NCBI GenBank assembly: GCA_963741715.1
Contig: CAVUJA010000003.1
Location: forward strand, 167,854 to 231,853
From: an uncultured Acidobacteriota bacterium
GTDB lineage: Bacteria > Acidobacteriota > Vicinamibacteria > Vicinamibacterales > Fen-181
Direction: 5' to 3'
DNA: 64,000 nt
The notes beneath the pieces are model-generated. The model was not told where the DNA came from, did no database searches, and saw nothing but the letters and a program-made list of their open reading frames with translations. The translations under genes were made by a program, and so were the position numbers. Every line of letters begins with the position of its first letter. Positions within the stretch are counted from its first letter, which is position 1. Below, in pieces: positions 47,842-56,603 of this stretch.

Positions 47842-48921
47842 CTACCGCATCTCGATGTAGTTGGTCGGGCACTGCTCCGCGCACTTGTTGCAGCCCTGGC
47901 AGAACTCCAGCTTGAACCGGTACGGCTGCCCCTTCTCGAGCGGCCTGACCACCGCCTGATCGGGGCAGTACTTCCAGCAGTTGTCGCAGTCGAAGCACGC
48001 GCCGCACGTCAGGCATCGCTGCGCCTCGTGGACGGCCGCCTCGGGCGTCCACGTCTCGCCCGCCGCCTCCGTCCGCGGCGACCTGGCGTGGTAATCGAGG
48101 AGGATCTTGCTCTTGTCCACCGGCGGCAGCCCCGGCCTCGGCTGGATGGCGGCGCCCCGGGCTTCCGCGTCCAGGAGCTCCGCGGCGTGCCGGCCGAAGT
48201 GGACCGCGGCAGCGATTCCGCCGAGTGCCACGGCCGTGCCGCTCTCGTAGACACTCGTCTTGATGACGCGGCCCGGCGCCGTTCTCTCGGCTGCGGCGAC
48301 ATCCGACGAGCCGGCGAAGGTCACGCCCAGGGCGAGGATGCGTTCGACCTCCGCGTCGAGCACCGGCCGCGGCAGCCGTTCGGCAGCCACACCGTAGCGC
48401 AGTTCGCCGCCCGCCTCCGGGTGCGGATCGGCCAGCCTCACCTCGTGGCCGCGCCGCGCCAGCTGATACGCGGCGGACAGGCCTGCCGCGCCCGCCCCCA
48501 CCACGGTCACCGTCACGGGCGACGGCGCCGGCTCCAGCGTCCGCAGCGGCCAGGCGGCGTTGATCGCGGCCTCGGCAATCGCCCGTTCCACCTGACTGAT
48601 CGACACGCCGCCGTCGTACGGATCGCGCGTGCATCCGGTTTCGCAGTGGTGCGGGCACAGGCGCCCGAGGACGGCGGGAATGGGATTCCTGTCGGCGATG
48701 ACGTAGAACGCCTCCTCGATCGCCTGCGCCTGGGTCAAGCCGCGCTCTCCGCCTTTCGCGAGCGCGGTGAGGAAGCCGCGCACGTCGGTGCCGCACGGGC
48801 AGGCGTGCGAGCACGGCGGCTCCTTCGCCACGAACACCGGCCGTGCCGACGACGTTTCACGCGCGCCAGCGCCTGCGCCCCCCCGCGCCCCCAGCTTCCT
48901 GACCTTCTTCACCAGCGCCAT
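47842..48921 (-). CDS. dsrL: Short DsrL-like iron-sulfur flavoprotein lacking the NAD(P)H-binding domain
   Basis: [35 protein letters not shown]; C-terminal [19 protein letters not shown] / [12 protein letters not shown]. Only 359 aa, with no second GGGN Rossmann fold or YRR motif. Confidence 0.75.
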   Translation of the reverse strand: MALVKKVRKLGARGGAGAGARETSSARPVFVAKEPPCSHACPCGTDVRGFLTALAKGGERGLTQAQAIEEAFYVIADRNPIPAVLGRLCPHHCETGCTRDPYDGGVSISQVERAIAEAAINAAWPLRTLEPAPSPVTVTVVGAGAAGLSAAYQLARRGHEVRLADPHPEAGGELRYGVAAERLPRPVLDAEVERILALGVTFAGSSDVAAAERTAPGRVIKTSVYESGTAVALGGIAAAVHFGRHAAELLDAEARGAAIQPRPGLPPVDKSKILLDYHARSPRTEAAGETWTPEAAVHEAQRCLTCGACFDCDNCWKYCPDQAVVRPLEKGQPYRFKLEFCQGCNKCAEQCPTNYIEMR

Positions 48922-48952
48922 AGTGGTCTCACCTTCTCCGAGCAGCCGCGGT

Positions 48953-49831
48953 TCAGACCGCCGGGCCGCGCCTCGCGATTCGCCCCGCGGCCAGGCCGGC
49001 CGCGTCGCCGGTCCGCCCGCACACCCACACCATCCTCGCTTCGTCGGTCGCCGAGGGGTTCAGCCAGCGGTGGCCCTTCGTGCTCTCGAACCAGAAGCTG
49101 TCGCCGGTCCCCAACTCGAAGTGCTCGTGCTCGTCGAGCCAGATCTCGATGGACCCGGACAGCACGTAGACGAGTTCTTCGCCGTCGTGGACGTAGGGCC
49201 CGGCGGTGCCCGACCCCGGGGCCGCCCTGAACAACATCGACTCGAGCCGGCTCGATGAGGGCGCGAGCAGCTCGATGTTCACGCCCGGCTGGGCCTGCAG
49301 CACCTGCCGGTCCGACGGGCGAAGCCGGCGCCCGGACCTGCCGGGCAGGTCGAAGAACTCGAGCACCGACGTGCGATACGCCGTGCTCAGCCGCTGCATC
49401 GTCGACACGGACGCGGTGGCCAGCGATCGCTCCACCGCGCTCAGGAAGCCGGCCGAGATCCCGGCCGCGCGCGCCGCCTCGGCGATGCCCAGCCCGCACC
49501 GGCGACGCGCCTCCCGCAGCTTGCCGCCGAGCGTCGCCAGCTCGTACCGCCCCGGGTTCTCGGCGCCGGTCCTGCCCAGCGCCTCCTTGATGGCGGGCAG
49601 ATTCAACCGCCGGACATCGCGAAGGTACTTGATGCGTTTGAGGACGGCGAGCGATTCCGGGTCGTAGAGCCGGTAGCCGCCGGCGTTTCGGACCGTGCGA
49701 ACGAGACCCGCGTGCTCCCAGAGGCGCAGCGTCGAGGCGCTGACGCCGACGATTCGCGCGGCCTGTCCAACGGTGAGGAGACGGCGGCGCGGGGCGCGTC
49801 GAGCGGTCGGTCGGCGGGTCGGTCGAGCCAC
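48953..49831 (-). CDS. MerR-HTH + XRE-HTH + cupin transcriptional regulator
   Basis: LTVGQAARIVGVSASTLRLWE..RNAGGYRLY; LGGKLREARR..GISAGFLSAVER; HDGEELVYVLSG..GDSFWF..HRWLN. Confidence 0.88.
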   Translation of the reverse strand: MARPTRRPTARRAPRRRLLTVGQAARIVGVSASTLRLWEHAGLVRTVRNAGGYRLYDPESLAVLKRIKYLRDVRRLNLPAIKEALGRTGAENPGRYELATLGGKLREARRRCGLGIAEAARAAGISAGFLSAVERSLATASVSTMQRLSTAYRTSVLEFFDLPGRSGRRLRPSDRQVLQAQPGVNIELLAPSSSRLESMLFRAAPGSGTAGPYVHDGEELVYVLSGSIEIWLDEHEHFELGTGDSFWFESTKGHRWLNPSATDEARMVWVCGRTGDAAGLAAGRIARRGPAV

Positions 49832-49839
49832 GGTTTGTG

Positions 49840-49864
49840 GACCTTACCATAAAAATGCAAGGTC
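49840..49864. promoter_or_regulatory. AT-rich imperfect palindrome, candidate operator/promoter of the regulator-dsr transcript
   Basis: GACCTTaccATaaaaATgcAAGGTC, 8 nt upstream of the regulator GTG, in the divergent spacer with ftcD. Confidence 0.45.
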
Positions 49865-50020
49865 GCGGTGAGCCGCGTGCCGAGACCCGCGTGGCACGGC
49901 CGGCTTCGGGCCCGGAGGCCGCGCCCGGCGGCGGCCGCGCGCGCCTGCCGCTCCGCCTGTTGCTCCGCCTTCCGCCTCCCGCTCGTTAGTGGTACGCTGA
50001 CCTCTTTTCGGAGGGCACCG

Positions 50021-51695
50021 ATGGCCAGGCTCGTTGAATGCGTCCCCAACTTCTCCGAGGGCCGGAACCGCGCGGTGATCGACGCGATTGCCGACGCGAT
50101 CAAGGGCGTCGCCGACGTGAAGCTGCTGGACGTCGACCCCGGCGCCGACACCAATCGCACCGTCTACACGTTCGTCGGCCCCCCCGACGCCGTCGCCGAC
50201 GCGGCAGTCAGGGCCGCCCAGCGCGCCCACGAACTGATCGACATGGCCAAGCACCGCGGCGCGCACCCGCGGATGGGCGCGATGGACGTCTGCCCGATCG
50301 TCCCGATCTCGGGCGTGACGATGGAGGAGTGCGTCGAGATCTCGAGGGGTATCGGCCGGCGGATCGCGGCCGAGCTCGGCCTCCCGGTCTACTTCTACGA
50401 GTACGCGGCCACCTCGGAGGCGCGGCGCAGCCTGGCGAACATCCGCGCCGGGGAGTACCGAAGGACTCGAGCGGAAGCTCCAGGACCCGGCGTGGGCCCC
50501 CGATGCCGGACCCGCCCGCTTCGACCCGAAGTTCGGCGCGCCGGTCGTGGGCGCGCGCGAATTCCTCATCGCCTACAACGTCAACCTCAATACCCGCGAC
50601 CGGAAGCTGGCCAACGAGATCGCCCTCAACATCCGCGAAGGGGGACGGCTCGAGCGCGACAAGGCCGGCAGCCCGGTGGTGGATGCACGCGGCAACCAGG
50701 TGAAGGTGCCGGGCAGGCTGAAGGCGGTTCGCGCCATTGGCTGGTACATCGAGCAGTACCGCCAGGCGCAGGTCTCGATCAACCTGATCAACTACAAGGT
50801 CACGCCGCTGCACGTGGTCTTCGAGACCGTCCGCGAGGAAGCCGCGATGCTCGGGCTGATCGTCACCGGCTCCGAGCTCGTCGGCCTGATGCCGCTGCAG
50901 CCGCTGCTCGAGGCCGGCCGGTTCTACCTCCGGAAGCAGGGAAAGTCGGCGGGCGCGCCCGAGCGGGAGGTGGTGGAAACCGCCGTCCGCTCGCTCGGCC
51001 TCGACCAGCTCGGGGCATTCGATCCCGACAAGAAGGTGATCGAGTACCAGTTCCGCAAGCGTGGGTCGCTGGTGTCGATGGCCGTGGACCGCTTCGTGGA
51101 TGAAGTGTCGTCGGAGTCGCCGGCGCCCGGCGGCGGGTCGGTGGCCGCGCTGGCGGGCGGCCTGGCCGCCGGCCTGGCGGCGATGGTCGCCAACCTGACG
51201 GTCGGCAAGAAGGGTTACGAAGCGGCCTGGGGCGAGCTGTCCGACCTCGCCGAGCGCGCGCAGGCGGTCAAGGATCGGCTGCTGCGTGCCGTCGACGACG
51301 ACACGGACGCGTTCAACGCGGCGATGGCCGCGATGCGAATGCCGAAGGCCACGCCCGAGGAGCAGGCGGCGCGCAACGCGGCGCTCGAAGCGGGTTACCA
51401 GCAGGCGGCGCGCGTGCCGCTCGAGACCGCCAGGGCCTGCCTGGAAGCGCTGCGGCTGTCGCTCGTGGTCGCCGAAAAGGGCAACACGAACTCCGCCTCG
51501 GACGCGGGCGTCGCGGCGCTGATGGCGCGGGCGGGCGTCGAGGGCGCCGTGCTGAACGTGCTGATCAACCTCGGCTCGGTCAAAGACGACGGCTTCAAGC
51601 AGGCGTGCCGCGCGGAGACGGAGACGCTCTCGAACGACGCCGCCGGGCTCTGCACGCAGGTGGTGGCGCGAGCGAGGGGCACGTTCCAAGCGTGA
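50021..51695 (+). CDS. ftcD: Glutamate formimidoyltransferase / formiminotetrahydrofolate cyclodeaminase (apparent +1 frameshift at about 50459)
   Basis: LVECVPNFSEGR, HPRMGAMDVCP, IRAGEY|EGL, FLIAYNVNL, SPAPGGGSVAA, SASDAGV. Confidence 0.9.
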
Positions 51696-51743
51696 GGGGA
51701 ACCATCGAGATGCTGGAGCCGGCCGTCCGCTGACCCCTTCGCC

Positions 51744-53108
51744 ATGCAGTCGTCCGCATCGACCCACCCGTACCTCGTGCTCGCCACCTTGACCGCCGTG
51801 TGCCTTGCGGCGTTCCTCGCGGCCATCCCGATACCGAGGGCCGACGGCCAGTTGCTGACCGCCGACGGCTTCGGCTACTACGCCTACCTGCCCCCGCTGG
51901 TTCTCGACCACGACCTGGATGTCCGAGACCAGTTCGCGCCGCGCGCGGAGGCGCGGAGCGGCACCGCGGGGCCCGCTCGAGCACAGGCCGCGCCGCCCCC
52001 CTGGACGATTGGCACGGCGCTCCTGTGGCTGCCGTTCTTCGTGCTCGCCCACGCCCTGGCACTCGCGCTCGATGCGTTCGGCGCCGGAATCCGGCTCGAC
52101 GGGTTGGGCTACTGGCACCAGGCCTTCGTGCTGGCCGGCAGCATCGTCTACGGGGGCCTTGCGCTGGTCTTCGCGTTCGACGTCGCGCGTCGCGTCGCGT
52201 CCGCGGCAAGCGCGTTGTGGGCGACGGTGCTGCTGCTGTGCGCCGGCAACCTCGTCTACTACATGACGGCGGAGCCGTCGATGGCGCACGCGGTCTCGGC
52301 GTTCGCCGTCGGCCTGTTCTACGTGCTGTGGATGCGCTGGCGGGGCGCGTGGGGACCGGGGCGGTGCCTGCTGCTCGGCGCCTCGCTCGGCCTGATTGCC
52401 CTGGTGCGGACCCAGGAGGTGCTGCTGGCCGTCGTTCCGCTCGCGACGGAGCTGGGGGACGCTCTCCGTCGGCGACCGGCGGACGGCGGGAAGGCTGTGA
52501 GGTCCTGGCTGCGCGGCGTGCTGCTGGTCGCCGCGGCGGCGTGCGTCACGTTCCTGCCGCAGGCGATCGCCTCGCACGCGCTGCTCGGGGCCTGGTGGCG
52601 CCTGCCTCAACTCTCCGCGTCATTCGGGCCGAACCCGACGGCGTTCTCCTGGTCCGCGCCTCATTTCGCCGACGTCCTCTTCTCGGCCCGCCGCGGTCTG
52701 TTCTCCTGGCACCCGGTGTACCTGATCGCGCTGCTCGGACTGGTCCCCCTGTGGCGCAGGGACCGGGCGCTCGCCGCGGCCGTGCTGCTGGGGGTGGCCG
52801 GACAGGCGTATGTGATTGGCTCCTGGTTCTACTGGTGGCAGGGCCGGTCTTTCGGGGGACGCACGTTCATCGGGTGCATGCCGCTCTTCGCGGCCTCGCT
52901 CGCGGCGCTGCTCGATTGGGCCTTGGAGCGGTTTGCCAATCGACGCAGGATGCTCGCGAGGCTCGGGGTGGCCGTCGCGGGGTTGCTGGTGCTCGCGAAC
53001 CTGCTCCTCTTCCTCGAGTACCGTGTCGTGCTGTCGTGGACGGACCGCGCGGCGACGTGGCACGACCTGGGGGTCGGCAGGCTCACCTTTCTCTCGCGTC
53101 GTCCCTGA
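51744..53108 (+). CDS. Polytopic membrane protein, probable GT-C fold glycosyltransferase
   Basis: DGFGYYAYL..D.DLD, EPSMAH, RGLFSWHP, WWQGRSFGGR; many TMs. Confidence 0.6.
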   Translation: MQSSASTHPYLVLATLTAVCLAAFLAAIPIPRADGQLLTADGFGYYAYLPPLVLDHDLDVRDQFAPRAEARSGTAGPARAQAAPPPWTIGTALLWLPFFVLAHALALALDAFGAGIRLDGLGYWHQAFVLAGSIVYGGLALVFAFDVARRVASAASALWATVLLLCAGNLVYYMTAEPSMAHAVSAFAVGLFYVLWMRWRGAWGPGRCLLLGASLGLIALVRTQEVLLAVVPLATELGDALRRRPADGGKAVRSWLRGVLLVAAAACVTFLPQAIASHALLGAWWRLPQLSASFGPNPTAFSWSAPHFADVLFSARRGLFSWHPVYLIALLGLVPLWRRDRALAAAVLLGVAGQAYVIGSWFYWWQGRSFGGRTFIGCMPLFAASLAALLDWALERFANRRRMLARLGVAVAGLLVLANLLLFLEYRVVLSWTDRAATWHDLGVGRLTFLSRRP

Positions 53109-53112
53109 ACTG

Positions 53113-54345
53113 TCAGGACCTCTGGCCCGTGGTGCCGGTCATCTTCATCAAGTGCCGGGCGGCGGCGCGTGCGCCGTCGCCGCGCACCGCAGCGGCGATG
53201 GATTGTGCGCGGCCGGCCACGTCGGGTCGGAGGGCGTGCTCGAGAGCGTCCGCCAGCGAGTCGGCGGTCGGGGTTCGGGGTGCGTGCGCGGTTCCGATGC
53301 CGAGGTGGTCGACGCGTTGGGCCCAGTAGTGCTGGTCGTAGTGCTGCGGGATGACGACTTGCGGTGTGCCGGCCCGCGCCGCTGCCGTCGTGGTGCCCGC
53401 GCCGCCGTGGTGGACGACGGCCGCGACCCGCCGGAAGAGGGCCTGCACGTTGACCTCGCCGATGGCCAGGCAGTCGGGTGCGTCGTCCACGGGCGACAGG
53501 TCGGCCCACCCCCGGGACACGATCGCACGGCGTCCGAGCGTCCGGGCTGCGTGGATCATCACCTGGCCGAGGTCCTGCGGCGCGCGCGTGCTGCCGAAGC
53601 CGAAGTAGACGGGCGGTTCGCCGGCGCGGAGGAACGCCTCCAAGTCGGGTGAGAGTGGACGCTCGTCCGGCAGAATCCAGGCGCCCGTCTGGAGCACGGC
53701 CTCGTCGGCGGGGTCGGGCCAGGGCCCCAACGTCGGGTCGGCGGCCAGCCAGGGCCGGTCGGTGAGGATGTAGCTGCGCACGTCACGGACGGGGGACAGG
53801 CCGCGCGACGCCCGGTGGGAGTTGAGGGCGGCGCCGAACGAGGTGTTGAAGCGCTCGGCATCCCGCGCCCACAGCCCGGCGTAGTCGGACGGTGCAGCCG
53901 CCGGCGAGTCTCCCAACGTGGCCAGGACGGGCGGGGCGTGGTGGAGCGACGGCAGAACTGCCGGGCAGTAGGCGGCGAAGACGTAGGGGATGCCCATCAT
54001 CTCTGCAACCGACGGAGCGGCGATCTGGAGGGCCGTGGCTCCCACGATGACGTCGCAGTCCCGGGCGGCCGCGGCGATCGTCTCGAATTGCGTGGCGACC
54101 GTGCCTTCCATCATCTGACGCCGCTGCTCGGGCGAAGGCGGCGCGGCCGGTCGGCCGGCGACGGCGAAGCTGCGCACCTCGGGACCGATCGGCGCGACGG
54201 CGATGCCGAGGCCCTCGATCCACTCCCGGAAGTCGGGGGGCACGCAGAGGCGGACCTCCTGGCCGACGGCTCTCAACTCCAGCGCCAGCGCCACCAGCGG
54301 CTGGACGTCGCCCCGCGACCCGATTGTCGACAGCAGTGCGCGCAT
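53113..54345 (-). CDS. GT1 glycosyltransferase of the glycopeptide Gtf / rifamycin Rgt type
   Basis: MRALLSTIGSRGDVQP, TDRPWLAADP, QTGAWILPDERPLS, PPVYFGFGS, GEVN.QALF, HHGGAGTT, DQHYWA. Confidence 0.82.
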   Translation of the reverse strand: MRALLSTIGSRGDVQPLVALALELRAVGQEVRLCVPPDFREWIEGLGIAVAPIGPEVRSFAVAGRPAAPPSPEQRRQMMEGTVATQFETIAAAARDCDVIVGATALQIAAPSVAEMMGIPYVFAAYCPAVLPSLHHAPPVLATLGDSPAAAPSDYAGLWARDAERFNTSFGAALNSHRASRGLSPVRDVRSYILTDRPWLAADPTLGPWPDPADEAVLQTGAWILPDERPLSPDLEAFLRAGEPPVYFGFGSTRAPQDLGQVMIHAARTLGRRAIVSRGWADLSPVDDAPDCLAIGEVNVQALFRRVAAVVHHGGAGTTTAAARAGTPQVVIPQHYDQHYWAQRVDHLGIGTAHAPRTPTADSLADALEHALRPDVAGRAQSIAAAVRGDGARAAARHLMKMTGTTGQRS

Positions 54346-54378
54346 GAGCACTCCCTCTCGTGACGCCAGGTTTCCGTC

Positions 54379-56542
54379 CTACCGCGCCAGCACCTCGACC
54401 TTCTTCATCGCGTCGCCCTCGAGGATCCGGTCGACGACGTCCATGCCGCGAACGACCCGGCCGAAGATCGAGTACCTCGTGATCGAGGCGCGGCGAGTCG
54501 ACGAGGTTGATGTAGATCTGGCCGTCGCCGGTGTCGCGGCCGCGGGTGGACATCCCGACCGTCCCGCGCACCTGCGAGTCGCGGCCGGGCTCGTCGACGA
54601 TGAAGCGGCTGCCGCCCGCGAACTCGTTGGCGCCAGGGCTTCCGCCCTGGATCAGGAAGTTCGGCAGGATGCGGTGGAACGTCAGGCCCGTGTAGTAGTT
54701 TCGAGCCGCGCGGTCGACGAACGCCGCCCACGACACGGGTGCCAGGTCGGCCAGCGGCTTCACGTCGAATTCTCCGCCGCTCGACATGGTGATGCGGACG
54801 GTCGTCTTGGACAGCCGCTGCAGGTCGTTCTCGGTCAACAACGCCGGCGGCGCGGCCGGACGGGGGCGGGGAGACGCCGCGACGGCGGTGCCGGTCCACT
54901 CCGACAGCGCGCGCGCCGCGCGTTCGGCCACGCGCGGGTCGACGTCGGCCAGATACGGCTTGAGGGCGTCGGCGTTCGCGGCGGAACCCAGCTGCTGGAG
55001 CCGCTCGAGGATCGCCACGCGCGGGTCGCGCGAGGTGTCGCTGTCGAGCGCCGTCAGGCGCGAGAGCGCCGCGAGCAGCGCGGGAATGGCGGCTGCGCGG
55101 TCGGGCGTGCCCGCGAGAGAGGCTGCCGCCGTCATCACCACCTGGAAGTCGTTCGCCGCCAGCGCGCTCACGTAGACCGCATCCGCATCGTGCCCGACGG
55201 TCCGGGACAGGCCGGCGATCGCCGCGTCGCGCACGTTGTCGTTCGCGTCTCTCGCCAGGCGGCGCAGCGCCTCGGCGTCGCCAACCTGCGCGGCCGCCCG
55301 TGCCGCGTACATTCGGCCCTGCCACGGCCCGCCGTCGACAAAGCGCTCGACGTAGGGCCGCGCCCTCACCGGGGCCGCCGTTGCCAACGCCACCAGGGCG
55401 TGCGCCGGGCGATGCCACTGCGGTTCGGGCCCCGCCAGGGCCAGGTCCAGCAGGGTCTCGACCGCCTTGTCCTCGGGATGGCAAGGATTGGCGAGCAGGT
55501 CGATGGCGAGCAGCGACACGTGATCGGTCTGGTTGCCGATGGCGGCAAGGATCGGCGCGCATCCCTTGGCCTGCTGAAAGCGGCGTCCGTAGACGCGCAG
55601 CGCCTCGTAGCGGACGAGCCAGGCCGGGTCGGTCAGGGCCCGTTCGATGGCCTCGCTGTCCGCCGCGGCCGCCGTGACCGCGAGCCTCCTCACCTGGAGG
55701 TCGGGGTCGCTCGAGGCGCGCAACGCGAGCGCCGGGTCCACCGCGTTGACCGGCAGAAGGCACAGCAGCGCCAGGCGCCTGGCGCGGGCGGCGTCCTCCT
55801 GGCGGCTCTTGCCCTGCGCGGCGGGGCCGGTCGTGGAGGGATCGACGGTCACCACCTCGCCCAGGCGGGCGATTGTTCGAGCAGAGAGCGTCTGCTGCGC
55901 GCGGGCCTTCGCCCGCGCGAGCGATTCCAGCCCCCGGAGCGCGCCGAGCAGCGCCGGCATGGGGACGAGCGCCTCGCGGGTCGGTGTCAGGGTCAGCCCC
56001 ACGATCCGCCCGCCGGCCGCCTGCTTTTCGAGGCGGCTGGTGACCTCCCTGAGCGACGCGATGTCCACGAGCGCTCTCTCGACCTGCTGCGCCGCCGCCG
56101 GGGTGTCGAGCGGCATCCGGCCCAGCGCTTCGCCGATCGCGCCGCGGACGTCCGCATCGCGCTCTCCGACCAACCGCGCCAGCATCGCCTCGCGCACGCG
56201 GCTGGCGGCAGCCGGATCGTCGCCGACGGACATGGCGAGGGCGTCGGCGGCCTCCGCGCGGGCGCCCGGCTGCTCGGCCTCGAGGATGGGGAGCAGCGTG
56301 TCGATGAGGCTCAGGCGTTCGAGGCGACCGAGCGCCCTCACGGCGACCGGCTGCAGCCGCGAGGCGGACGTGGCAGCGCGGATCAGCAGCTGCAGCTGCT
56401 CCGGCGTCGCCGCGCGGGCGGCCTCGGCCTGGATCAGGGCGGGGCGCGACAGCACGAGACGGTCGCGGTCACCCTGCGCGTGGGGATGTGCGCCGAGCAG
56501 GGACAGCACGAGGATCGGCAGGAGGAGCGCCCAAGGTCGCAT
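54379..56542 (-). CDS. Secreted HEAT-repeat protein with C-terminal cyclophilin-type peptidylprolyl isomerase (apparent +1 frameshift at about 54476)
   Basis: HEAT repeats; YYTGLTFHRILPNFLIQGG, RGTVGMS..DTGDGQIYIN..PRLDHE|YSIFGRVVRGMDVV in the next frame, ending at TAG 54379. Confidence 0.82.
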
Positions 56543-56603
56543 ACGCCGAAATCGTGGGCGGTGGCGCGCGGATTGTCAATGGCGCCACCCCGCGTCCGAT
56601 GGG

